From Gemmatimonadales bacterium (GTDB taxonomy: Bacteria > Gemmatimonadota > Gemmatimonadetes > Gemmatimonadales > JACORV01), in assembly GCA_044449445.1 (NCBI GenBank), contig JBIOIA010000001.1, forward strand, positions 1 through 51,155: DNA of 51,155 nucleotides. The letters are read 5' to 3'. Under the pieces are notes generated by a model, which was given only the letters and a program-made list of their open reading frames with translations, was not told where the DNA came from and made no database searches. Position numbers and translations under genes: made by a program. Positions 37,252 to 45,891 of the stretch are shown here, piece by piece (within the stretch, counting starts at the first letter, position 1; each line of letters opens with the position of its first letter).

Positions 37252-37937
37252 AGGGAGCGCTCGAAGTCCGCGATCTGGGGCGCGTCCCCTACGGCGAAGC
37301 GCTGGAGCTCCAGCGCACCCTCGCCGAGGACCGCATCGCCGGCCGGATCCCCGACACGCTGCTGCTGCTCGAGCACCCGCCGGTCATCACGCTGGGCCGC
37401 GGCACCCGCCACACCAGCCTGCCGATCGACCCCGAGGCGCTGACGCGCCGCGGTGTCGAGGTGTTCGAGATCGAGCGCGGCGGCGACGTGACGTACCACG
37501 GACCCGGCCAGCTCGTGGGCTATCCGATCATCGATCTCCAGCAGCATCGGCCCGACCTGCACTGGTACCTGCGCCGGCTCGAGGACGTCCTCATCGCGGC
37601 CCTCGCCGGCTTCGGCATACCCGCCGAGCGGCGCGAGAAGTACACCGGCGTGTGGACGCGCGGGCGCAAGATCGCGAGCATCGGCATCCATGTCAGGCAA
37701 TGGGTCACGTGGCACGGCTTCGCGCTCAACGTGACGACGGACCTGTCGCCGTTCTCGCTCATCGTGCCGTGCGGAATTCCGGACGTGGTGATGACGAGCA
37801 TCGAGAAAGAGGCGGACGGACGAACCGGCGGACAGGCGGACGCCGCACAACTCGCCGCCCGGGCCCGCGAGACGGTAGTGGGAGCGTTCGAACGAGTGTT
37901 CGAATACGAGCACCATGCGGTGAGCGGCAACGGCTGA
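37248..37937 (+). CDS. lipB: Octanoyltransferase (lipoyl(octanoyl) transferase)
   Basis: ATG at 37248 in track ORF 37077..37937. LLLLEHPPVITLGR, ERGGDVTYHGPGQLVGYPI, KIASIGI, HGFALNV, PCGI. Confidence 0.9.
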   Translation: MKGALEVRDLGRVPYGEALELQRTLAEDRIAGRIPDTLLLLEHPPVITLGRGTRHTSLPIDPEALTRRGVEVFEIERGGDVTYHGPGQLVGYPIIDLQQHRPDLHWYLRRLEDVLIAALAGFGIPAERREKYTGVWTRGRKIASIGIHVRQWVTWHGFALNVTTDLSPFSLIVPCGIPDVVMTSIEKEADGRTGGQADAAQLAARARETVVGAFERVFEYEHHAVSGNG

Positions 37938-37948
37938 GGAAAGAAGAG

Positions 37949-37980
37949 CGCGAGTGGGGCGGTCGGCCGCACCACTCGCG
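37949..37980 (+). terminator. Putative intrinsic terminator hairpin after lipB
   Basis: CGCGAGTGG (37949..37957) pairs with CCACTCGCG (37972..37980). Inner GCGG/CCGC pairs around a TCGG loop, followed by TCTTGT. The U-tract is weak. Confidence 0.45.
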
Positions 37981-38140
37981 TCTTGTACTGCGGGAATCGG
38001 GTCTCGGTGCCGCTGCGAGACGTTACCGGGACCCCTGAGGAACTACACCTGTATAGACGTGCCTCGGCCCGAGAAAGTTGCAAAGCCCCCCTGACCATGC
38101 CCGGACACCGCCTCCCCCCCCGCCTCGGGGAGCCCCGAGG

Positions 38141-38842
38141 TCAGCGGGTGCGCCAGTTGAGGGAGGCCATGACAGCCACCGGGAATGCCGCGAGCCAGGG
38201 CGACCTGGCCCATCCGGCACCCAGGCCCAGGGCGACCATGGCCAAGGCCGCGGGCCAGCCGGCGGTCACCCGAACCAGCCGCCGCCGGAACGAAAGGCCG
38301 TCGGCCCGGATCCAGGCCCGCCCGACTGCCACGGCCCGGGCCGAGACGGGACCCGCCACGAGCACCAGGATCACCAGGGCGAGCGCCGCGGCGGTCCATC
38401 TCCCGGCCTGGGGCGTGCCGAGCCGCTGATACAGGTCGGCAGCCGGCCCGGCACCTCGCCTCGTACTGCCTGCCGCCAGCGCCGCCGGCACCCAGAGCAG
38501 CGCCACGACGACCCAGGCGAGGGCGAAGCCGCGCAGCCATCCCGGCGAGCGCATCGCCGCAGTCACCGCGCCGAGCAGCAGGGCCAGGCTGACCACGGAG
38601 GCCGTCCCGGCCAGCACGACGAAGGCGAAACCCCAGGGACCGAGCCCGGTCAGCGGCCCGTGGAACACGAGAAGCAAGTAGCGATCACTGAGCGTGATGG
38701 GCCCCATCGGGACGCCGAGCAGCGCCCCCGCCAGGCCGCGAGCCAGCTGGTCCACGGCCAGGCTGACCCAGACCGCGGCGAGCGCGGCGATGCTGCACAG
38801 CACGGTGAGGACGGGTGGCGACGGTGGAGGGCGCGGCGGCAC
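38141..38842 (-). CDS. Hypothetical polytopic membrane protein
   Basis: C-terminal part of track ORF 38141..39271; the upstream part overlaps the divergent gene. GTG at 38842 (alternative at 38803). About 6 hydrophobic segments rich in A/L/V/G/W. Confidence 0.5.
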   Translation of the reverse strand: MPPRPPPSPPVLTVLCSIAALAAVWVSLAVDQLARGLAGALLGVPMGPITLSDRYLLLVFHGPLTGLGPWGFAFVVLAGTASVVSLALLLGAVTAAMRSPGWLRGFALAWVVVALLWVPAALAAGSTRRGAGPAADLYQRLGTPQAGRWTAAALALVILVLVAGPVSARAVAVGRAWIRADGLSFRRRLVRVTAGWPAALAMVALGLGAGWARSPWLAAFPVAVMASLNWRTR

Positions 38843-38866
38843 GATCGAAGATAGTACTTTTGAACG

Positions 38867-39496
38867 ATGAGCAAAGGCGAGATCGACGCACGGACGAAGG
38901 ACAAGCCGCGCCTGCCGCCGGGCCAGATCGCGACGACGAAATGGCCGGTCCTCCACTACAGCGAGATCCCGCGCGTGGACACTGCGACGTGGACGTTCCG
39001 GCTGTGGGGTGAGGTCGAGCGACCGCTCACGTTCAGCTGGACGGATCTTGGCGCGTTGCCGACGCTCGATGTGCGCTGCGACATCCACTGCGTCACGAAA
39101 TGGTCGCGCTACGATAACGTGTTCAGCGGCGTGAGCGTCCAGCTGCTGTTCGAGAAGGCGGGCATCAGGCCGACCGCGAGCCACGCGCTGATCTACGCGG
39201 CTCCTGATTACACGACGAACCTGCCTCTGAGCGATCTCAACCGTCCGGAGAACCTGCTCGCGACGCACCATGACGGCGAGCCGCTCTCACCCGAGCACGG
39301 CGGCCCGGTGCGCCTGCTCGTGCCGCACCTGTATCTGTGGAAGTCCGCGAAGTGGGTCACGGGCATCGAGCTGATGGACGGCGACGAGCCCGGATTCTGG
39401 GAGCAGAACGGATATCACATGCGCGGAGATCCGTGGGCCGAGCAGAGATATGGAAGGCCGGACCCCGCGCGGATGCGTAGAGGACCCCGGAAGTAG
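38867..39496 (+). CDS. Small sulfite-oxidase-fold molybdopterin oxidoreductase (YuiH-like, no signal peptide)
   Basis: Track ORF, 209 aa. DIHCVTKWS (Mo-ligand Cys region), GGPVRLLVPHLYLWKSAKWV, GFWEQNGYH. Confidence 0.75.
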   Translation: MSKGEIDARTKDKPRLPPGQIATTKWPVLHYSEIPRVDTATWTFRLWGEVERPLTFSWTDLGALPTLDVRCDIHCVTKWSRYDNVFSGVSVQLLFEKAGIRPTASHALIYAAPDYTTNLPLSDLNRPENLLATHHDGEPLSPEHGGPVRLLVPHLYLWKSAKWVTGIELMDGDEPGFWEQNGYHMRGDPWAEQRYGRPDPARMRRGPRK

Positions 39497-39507
39497 ACCG
39501 CTACTTC
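39490..39507. terminator. Palindromic hairpin spanning both stop codons of the convergent genes
   Basis: GAAGTAG-ACCG-CTACTTC. TAG (39494..39496) ends the + gene; CTA (39501..39503) is the TAG stop of the - gene. The stem extends to about 10 bp with one G-T pair. No U-tract. Confidence 0.4.
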
Positions 39508-40868
39508 TGGTGCTCGGCCATCATCTCGAAGAACCGGCCGAACAGCACGATCCCCTTCCATAGTTGCTCGAGCGTCAGCTTCTCGTTCGGCGCGTGCAGC
39601 CCGTCGTCCGGGAGCCCGATGCCCGTCAGCAGCACCGGCGCCTCGCGCTGCTGGAGCAGCGGGACGATCGGGATCGAGCCGCCGCTCCGGATCGGCGCGA
39701 CGCCGCGCCGCCACACCTCGCGGTACGCCTTGTCGAGCACCTCGAACGGCCACGCGTCGAGCGGCGTCTGGACCGGGTCGCTCGCCGAGAGGATCTCGAC
39801 GGTGACGTCCGCGTACCTGGGCGCGAGCTTCTTCACGGCCCTGACCAGGCGCGCCGCGATCTCGCTGGAGCGCTGGTCCGGCACGAGACGCAGCGAGCAC
39901 TTCGCCGTCGCCTCGGCGGGAATCACCGTCTTGGCGCCCGCGCCCACGAAGCCGCCGACGATTCCGTGCACTTCGAGCGTGGGGCGCGCCCAGATGCGCT
40001 CGAGGAAGCTGTAGCGCAGCTCGCCGTTCAGCGCTTTCGCCCCGGCCTCCTCGCGGAACCCCTTCTCGCGGATCGGGAGCGCCCGCCAGGCCTTCAGCTC
40101 CTTCGCCGTCGGCTTGCTGACGCGGTCGTACATCCCGGGGATCCGGATCTTCCCGTCCGGGCCCTTGAGCTGCTCCAGGAGGTGCCAGAGCGTCTCGATC
40201 GCGTTGGGCGCGGCGCCGCCGTAGAGCCCGCTGTGCAGGTCCTTCTTCAGCGTCCGCACCCTGATCTCGGCGTGCACGATGCCGCGCAGCGCCGTGTCCA
40301 CGCTCGGATACCCCGGAGCGACCATGTGTACGTCGGTGACGAGCACGGCGTCGGCCTTCGTCCGGTCGGGCTCGGAGGTGAGGAACTTCGTCAGCCCCCT
40401 GGAGCCGACCTCCTCTTCGCCCTCGATCAGCAGGCGCACGTTGACGGGCAGCGAGCCCCTCGTCGCCTTCAGCGCCTCGAGCGCCGAAACGACGCAGAAC
40501 ACCTGGCCCTTGTCGTCGGCCGTGCCACGCGCGTAGAGGTTACCGTTGCGCTCCGTCGGATCGAACGGGCCTGAAAGCCACTCGTCCAGCGGATCCGGCG
40601 GCTGCACGTCGTAGTGCCCGTAGCACAGCACGAGCGGCGCGCCTTCGACGCGCGGGCCTTCGGCCCACAGGATCGGATGGCCCGCCGTTTCGATCGTGTC
40701 GACCTTGAATCCCATATTGCGCACGCGGCTCGCGAGCCATTCGGCCGCCTTGCGGCAGTCGCCGGCGTGCTCGGGGAGCGTGCTGACGCTCGGGATGCGC
40801 AGCCAGGCCTTGAGGTCATCCAGCAACCGCGCGCGTTCGCGCTCGACGTACGTCGTGAGTTGGTTCAT
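39501..40868 (-). CDS. M20-family dipeptidase
   Basis: Track ORF, 455 aa. CYGHYDVQP, ARGTADDKGQ, IEGEEEVGS, HAPNE. Confidence 0.85.
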   Translation of the reverse strand: MNQLTTYVERERARLLDDLKAWLRIPSVSTLPEHAGDCRKAAEWLASRVRNMGFKVDTIETAGHPILWAEGPRVEGAPLVLCYGHYDVQPPDPLDEWLSGPFDPTERNGNLYARGTADDKGQVFCVVSALEALKATRGSLPVNVRLLIEGEEEVGSRGLTKFLTSEPDRTKADAVLVTDVHMVAPGYPSVDTALRGIVHAEIRVRTLKKDLHSGLYGGAAPNAIETLWHLLEQLKGPDGKIRIPGMYDRVSKPTAKELKAWRALPIREKGFREEAGAKALNGELRYSFLERIWARPTLEVHGIVGGFVGAGAKTVIPAEATAKCSLRLVPDQRSSEIAARLVRAVKKLAPRYADVTVEILSASDPVQTPLDAWPFEVLDKAYREVWRRGVAPIRSGGSIPIVPLLQQREAPVLLTGIGLPDDGLHAPNEKLTLEQLWKGIVLFGRFFEMMAEHQK

Positions 40869-41012
40869 TGTCGAAGAAACTACCGCGCCATCGTACCGCT
40901 GCGCTACCCTCTCCCGGCGCTTTCCCTCCTCGATCCGCGCTGCGGAATTGTGATCTGCCTCACTGCGTAGCTGCCCTAGCCGTCCTCATGCGGGCGGGTA
41001 TCTTCTCCCGCC

Positions 41013-42194
41013 ATGCGGCTCTCCTCTTCGTTTGCCGTCTTCCGCGCCGACCCCGCCGAGCAGGATCTGGCCCGGGCGCGCTGGTTGACGCGCGACGGAA
41101 AGACGGACGCCGCCGAGCGCGAATACCGAGCCGCTCTGGCCTCGCGGCCCGACATGGCCGCCGGCTGGATCGAACTGGTCGAGCTGCTCCGCCGGGACAA
41201 CCGCCACCAGGCGGCACTCGAGGTCGCGATGGGCGCTGAAGCGCACTTCGGACCCGACGCCGCCATGCCGCTCGTCCTCAAGGGCGCGGCGCTGAGCGAG
41301 CTGGGGCGGACCCGGGAAGCCGTGCAGGCCCTCGAGGCCGCGCTCGAGCGCGACGGCAACCTCGCCCTCGCCTGGCACGAGCTCGCGTACGCGGCGTTCA
41401 AGGTCGGCGAGTTCTCGCGTGCGCTGCTCGCCCTGGACCGCGCCTTTGCGCTTGAGCCCCATATCGACACGCTGCTGCTGCGCGGCCGGATCCTGCGCGA
41501 AGCCGGGCAGTATGAGGCCGCCGAGGTGGCCTTCGACGCCGCGCAACAGGCGACCGAGCACGACATCCCGAAGCGCGACGCGGAGCGCGAGGGGCTGACG
41601 ACCCGCCGCGCCGCGGCCCTGGGCGGCAAGCGGCCCGCCGCATTCACCATGCGCGAGCGCGTGTTCGTTGAGACCGGCACCGCGGTGATCGACGCCGGAG
41701 CACCCGACGCGGGGCTCACGGCGGACCTGCTGGCCGGCTGCCTCGCGGCCCTGCCGGACCTCGCCTTTGGCGCCGGGTGGAAGCCGGCGGTCGTCGCCAG
41801 CGCGTCCGGAGTGGATGGAGTGCTCGCCCAGGCCGTCGCGAAGGCGCTGGGCGCCACCACGGCACTGATCGTGGCCATCGACCCGGTGGACCGCCCACTG
41901 ATCGTCACGCTCGCGAACGACGGAAACGAGGAGTGGACCAAGCAGACGAAGCGGCTCTCGCGCTGGAGCGCGGGGACGACGTTCGCGCTGGTCCAGGTCC
42001 CCGGCGCCCCGGATCCCGCCGACCTCGCCGGCGCCATTCGTGCCGTGTCCGCCGATGAGGTCCGCTCCTTCGCCGGCGCCGCTCTGGCGCTCCCCGTGAG
42101 CGAGCCCGCCGACAGCACCGAAACCGCCCGCCTCGTCTCCAACGCGCAGGCGCCGTGGCACCGCCGTGCCGCCAGCCAGGAGCCCGCTTCCTGA
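41013..42194 (+). CDS. TPR-repeat protein with uncharacterised C-terminal domain
   Basis: Track ORF, 393 aa. The N-terminal ~190 aa form 34-residue A/L/E/R-rich repeats (AEREYRAALASRPDMAAGWIELVELL..). The C-terminal ~200 aa has no motif I recognise. Confidence 0.55.
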   Translation: MRLSSSFAVFRADPAEQDLARARWLTRDGKTDAAEREYRAALASRPDMAAGWIELVELLRRDNRHQAALEVAMGAEAHFGPDAAMPLVLKGAALSELGRTREAVQALEAALERDGNLALAWHELAYAAFKVGEFSRALLALDRAFALEPHIDTLLLRGRILREAGQYEAAEVAFDAAQQATEHDIPKRDAEREGLTTRRAAALGGKRPAAFTMRERVFVETGTAVIDAGAPDAGLTADLLAGCLAALPDLAFGAGWKPAVVASASGVDGVLAQAVAKALGATTALIVAIDPVDRPLIVTLANDGNEEWTKQTKRLSRWSAGTTFALVQVPGAPDPADLAGAIRAVSADEVRSFAGAALALPVSEPADSTETARLVSNAQAPWHRRAASQEPAS

Positions 42195-42339
42195 AGGCGC
42201 CCTGAGCGCTTCTTCACGCGGTTTTCCCACTCGTTTCACTGACCTGCCGCGAGCGTACGTGACCCGTGGCCCCGGCTGTGCCGTTTCAGGCAGCCGCGGC
42301 CGCTGACGACACCCACGTGACGTAACAGGAGGCCTCTGT

Positions 42340-43659
42340 ATGGCTCGCACGATCAGCGCTCCACCGCAGTTGGAGTCCGTCGACTACCACACGGTCGGCA
42401 TGTCGACGTTCGTGGACAACCAGGATCCCTTCTTCATCGCGCAGCGCCAACTCGACGAGGCCGCCGGCATCCTGGAGCTCAACGCGGCGACGCACGAGAT
42501 GCTGCGCTGGCCGATCCGGGAGCTGCACACCCGCCTGCCGGTCCGGATGGACGACGGGAGCGTGAAGGTATTCCACGCCTTCCGGGTGCAGTACAACGAC
42601 GCCCGCGGGCCGTGCAAGGGCGGCATCCGGTTCCACAAGGACGAGAACATCGACACCGTCCGCGCCCTCGCGGCCTGGATGACCTGGAAGACGGCCGTGG
42701 TGGACATCCCGCTCGGCGGCGCCAAGGGCGGCGTCGTGTGCGACCCCACGAAGATGTCCCCGCGTGAGCTGGAGAACGTCTCGCGGGCGTACATCCGCCA
42801 GGTGGGCCGCATCATCGGCCTCGAGAAGGACGTGCCGGCACCCGACGTCTACACCACGCCCCAGATCATGGCGTGGATGATGGACGAGTACTCGTTCCTG
42901 AAGGGTTCCAACGAGTTCGGCATGATCACGGGCAAGCCGCTGGCGCTGGGCGGCTCGCAAGGCCGCGGCGACGCCACGGCCCGCGGCGGCATCTACTGCA
43001 TCCGCGAGGCCGCGAAGATCCTGAGGATGAACCTCAAGGGTGCCACCGCCGCGATCCAGGGCTACGGCAACGCGGGGTACTTCGCGCACCAGCTTGGCCA
43101 CGACCTGCTCGGCCTCAAGGTGGTCGCGGTGTCCGACTCGAAGGGCGGAATCCACAATCCGCACGGCCTGGAATTCGAGCGGGTGATGGCGCACAAGGCC
43201 AAGACGGGATCGGTCGTGAACTTCCCCGGCGCGAATCCGATCTCCAACGAGGAGCTGCTGGAGCTCGACGTGCAGGTGCTGATGCCGTCGGCGCTGGAGA
43301 ACGTGATCACCGGTACGAACGCGAGCAACATCCGCGCGAAGCTGATCGCGGAGCTCGCCAACGGCCCCACCACTCCGGAAGCGGACCTGATCCTGCACGA
43401 GAACGGTGTGTACGTCATCCCGGACTTCCTGTGCAACGCGGGCGGCGTCACCGTTTCGTACTTCGAGATGGTCCAGAACCACTACAACTTCTACTGGGAC
43501 CTCGACCTGGTGCACAAGCGCCTGGAGCAGAAGATGACGGCCGCCTTCAACGCCGTGCACGAAGCGGCCATGGACCACAAGGTGCACAACCGGCTGGCCG
43601 CCTACCTCGTCGCGGTGAGCAGGGTGGCGGACGCGATGAAGCTGCGCGGCTGGGTCTAG
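42340..43659 (+). CDS. gdhA: Glutamate dehydrogenase (Glu/Leu/Phe/Val dehydrogenase family)
   Basis: Track ORF, 439 aa. AGGAGG at 42327..42332 upstream of the [22 protein letters not shown] (catalytic Lys), GYGNAGYF (NAD(P) fold). Confidence 0.9.
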   Translation: MARTISAPPQLESVDYHTVGMSTFVDNQDPFFIAQRQLDEAAGILELNAATHEMLRWPIRELHTRLPVRMDDGSVKVFHAFRVQYNDARGPCKGGIRFHKDENIDTVRALAAWMTWKTAVVDIPLGGAKGGVVCDPTKMSPRELENVSRAYIRQVGRIIGLEKDVPAPDVYTTPQIMAWMMDEYSFLKGSNEFGMITGKPLALGGSQGRGDATARGGIYCIREAAKILRMNLKGATAAIQGYGNAGYFAHQLGHDLLGLKVVAVSDSKGGIHNPHGLEFERVMAHKAKTGSVVNFPGANPISNEELLELDVQVLMPSALENVITGTNASNIRAKLIAELANGPTTPEADLILHENGVYVIPDFLCNAGGVTVSYFEMVQNHYNFYWDLDLVHKRLEQKMTAAFNAVHEAAMDHKVHNRLAAYLVAVSRVADAMKLRGWV

Positions 43660-43683
43660 CGCGAGCAGCGGGACGCGTGACAC

Positions 43684-43709
43684 GGCGGGGCGGCAGGGGC
43701 CGCCCCGCC
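43684..43709. terminator. Bidirectional GC-rich hairpin between convergent gdh and aminopeptidase genes
   Basis: GGCGGGGCGGC-AGGG-GCCGCCCCGCC, a perfect 11-bp stem, followed by GGCGTTTCG on the + strand. Confidence 0.6.
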
Positions 43710-43719
43710 GGCGTTTCGA

Positions 43720-44793
43720 CTACGGAGTGCCCAGCGCGTCCCAGGGATCGTCCTTCAGCGCGACCTTCGCCTTGAGGTCGGCGACCGTCTTCTTCAGGCT
43801 TCCGCCTTCCTGCGCCAGCAGCCGGTCGAAACGATCCAGTCCCGTCCCGTAGACGCGCTGCGCGAGCAGCACGGCGTTGTTCAGCGGCTGCTCCGCGAGC
43901 CGCTTGCCGCTGATTGTCCGCAGCTCCTCGGCCAGCGGGCCCCGCATCTGGTCCTGGGCCTCGCGGAAGACGACGGCCCGCTCCTCGAGGATCGTGCGCG
44001 GCGGCTCGCTGCTGCCGTAGACGCGCGAAAGCCGCTCCTCCAGGTGCTGCCAGAACCGCTCCAGCACCAGCTCGTCGCGCCACCGCGCCGCCGCGCGCGC
44101 CGCGTGCAGCGAATCGCCGCGCGATCGGAAGAACAGCTCCGCACCGTGGTAGCCCACGAATTCCGCGAGCGACTCGTTGAAATCCACGTGGCCCCGGACG
44201 AACAGCGTGTTGTGCAGGATCTCGTGGATCACCGTGGCCACCAGCTCGACGGAGTCGGCGCGCAGCGTCGTGGAGAGCAACGGATCGTTGAACCATCCGA
44301 GCGTCGAGAACGCGCTCGCCGGCCGCAGGTAGGTGTCGAGGCCCGCGCGCTCCAGCTTCTGCGCCTCGCGCTGCGCCGCCTCGAGCTCGAAGAACCCCTT
44401 GTACGGCACGCGGCCCACCACGGGGAAGGTCCACGTCCAGGACTCGAGCCGGTCGTTGCGGGCCGCCGAGAGCACGATCACGAGCGTGTCGCTGGCCAGC
44501 GCGCTGTAGGTTGTGAACGTCTCGCCGGCGGCGAGGTTGAGGGAATCCTTCGCGAAGGCGCGCGCCGCGAGCACCACCAGCAGCTTGCTGCGCACCCGTG
44601 GATCGGTGGATGGGTCGTCGACGACCGCGGCGATCGAGCGGCGCCGACTCAGAATGCCGGCCTCCGCGATGGCCGCGCGCGTCACGTACCGCACGTCCGC
44701 GAAGGCGAGCCACGCCACGGCGTACACCACGAGCACGACCCCGACCAGGATGGCAAGGGTCCGGACCAGGCGCCGACCCGTGCGCTTGTCCAT
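43720..44793 (-). CDS. Putative zinc aminopeptidase (HExxH; DUF2265/COG4324-like) with N-terminal anchor
   Basis: Track ORF, 357 aa. LAILVGVVLVVYAVAWLAF, VPYKGFF, VIHEILHNTLF. Family assignment is from memory. Confidence 0.65.
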   Translation of the reverse strand: MDKRTGRRLVRTLAILVGVVLVVYAVAWLAFADVRYVTRAAIAEAGILSRRRSIAAVVDDPSTDPRVRSKLLVVLAARAFAKDSLNLAAGETFTTYSALASDTLVIVLSAARNDRLESWTWTFPVVGRVPYKGFFELEAAQREAQKLERAGLDTYLRPASAFSTLGWFNDPLLSTTLRADSVELVATVIHEILHNTLFVRGHVDFNESLAEFVGYHGAELFFRSRGDSLHAARAAARWRDELVLERFWQHLEERLSRVYGSSEPPRTILEERAVVFREAQDQMRGPLAEELRTISGKRLAEQPLNNAVLLAQRVYGTGLDRFDRLLAQEGGSLKKTVADLKAKVALKDDPWDALGTP

Positions 44794-44812
44794 CAGTCCT
44801 GCCCGCGCGATC

Positions 44813-45787
44813 TCATGGGATCCACCTGACGCCGAGCCGCTGCTCGGAGCCGGCCAGCGCCCCGTACGGCTGCCATGCGTAGTCCACTCGAATGGCGCGC
44901 ACCACCAGCCCCGCGCCCAGGCTCAGTCCCTTGCGATCGGTGGGAGCGCGGCCCGTCGCCACGCCGAGCCGGCCCAGCACGCCCATACCGTCCGCCACCA
45001 CGCCGCCCTCGAACCCGAGGGCCCAGTAGGAAGCCGAGCCGGGCGGCTTCACCCAGTCGGTGGTCGCCATGAGCCGCGCGGTGCCCTGGGGATCGATGAA
45101 GTTGAGCGTGAAGCCGATCCGCCCGGTGCGCGGCAGACTCGCCGCGTTGGCGCTGGTCGCGTGGCTCGTGCCGCCGATGTTCTGCAGCACCGCGCCCAGC
45201 GAGAAGATGTCGAACACCGCGATCGCGAACCCGATGTCGCCCCCGACCGCCGACGACCTGTAGGCCGCGCTTCCGCCGCCGATCTCCTCGTGCAGCACCT
45301 TCACGCTGCCGCCTAACGACAGCATGCCGCGCCGGTACGCCAGCGCGCCGACCGCGAGACCGTTCCACGCGCTGATCAGCGCCCCGGTCGTCTGTCCGAA
45401 GTCGCCGCCGGTCGAAGGATCGGGAACCACCACGCTGTCGCCGCCCAGGTCCTGGTACATCACGCCGAACCCGACGTCGAACGAGTGACCGAGACGCATC
45501 GCCAGCGCGCCCGTCGAGAGCCGCGAGCCCATCAGCCCCTGCTCGTAGCTCAGGCCGAGCACGAGATGGTGGATCGGCGCCATTCCGGCGGGATTGACGA
45601 AAATGCTCCCCTCGTCGCCGACCACCGACGCGTAGGCCCCCTGGAGCGCGAGCGCGCGCGGGGTCGCCGGGATGTCGAGCAGGCTGCCGCCACTCGCGCC
45701 GCCCTGCGCCCACAGCGCCCCGCCGCGCGAGGCGCCGAGCAGACACGCGATCAGCACGGGTCGGAAAAGCGCAAGCCTTTGTCGCAC
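44813..45787 (-). CDS. PorV/PorQ-family-like outer-membrane beta-barrel protein
   Basis: Track ORF 44813..45856 trimmed to the GTG at 45787 (alternatives at 45805 and 45856). Signal peptide LIACLLGASRGGALWAQ. LLDIPATPRALALQGAYASVVGDEGSIFVNPAGMA matches the PorV/PorQ N-terminal pattern as recalled. Confidence 0.55.
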   Translation of the reverse strand: MRQRLALFRPVLIACLLGASRGGALWAQGGASGGSLLDIPATPRALALQGAYASVVGDEGSIFVNPAGMAPIHHLVLGLSYEQGLMGSRLSTGALAMRLGHSFDVGFGVMYQDLGGDSVVVPDPSTGGDFGQTTGALISAWNGLAVGALAYRRGMLSLGGSVKVLHEEIGGGSAAYRSSAVGGDIGFAIAVFDIFSLGAVLQNIGGTSHATSANAASLPRTGRIGFTLNFIDPQGTARLMATTDWVKPPGSASYWALGFEGGVVADGMGVLGRLGVATGRAPTDRKGLSLGAGLVVRAIRVDYAWQPYGALAGSEQRLGVRWIP

Positions 45788-45891
45788 AACGACTTCACCG
45801 GCCACATGTCCCCCTCGCGATGCCCAACCTTCGCGGATCGCACTCGGCGCTGTCAAGGAGCCCGCTCACGCGGTATCTTGCCCGTAGCGCG

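Noticed and set aside
37981-38122. An intergenic stretch of about 140 nt with lower GC, between the lipB hairpin and the hairpin at 38123..38140 (CCTCGGGG/CCCCGAGG). It contains a small stem GTCTCG..CGAGAC. Considered as a possible sRNA or a missed small gene.
   Set aside because: There is no convincing promoter-plus-terminator pair, no ORF with an RBS, and no recognisable RNA family motif. It cannot be supported from sequence alone.
42257-42321. Direct repeat ACGTGAC (42257..42263 and 42315..42321) in the 145-nt leader of gdh, considered as a possible regulator binding site.
   Set aside because: It is only 7 nt in two copies, with no dyad symmetry or known consensus. It could easily be chance.
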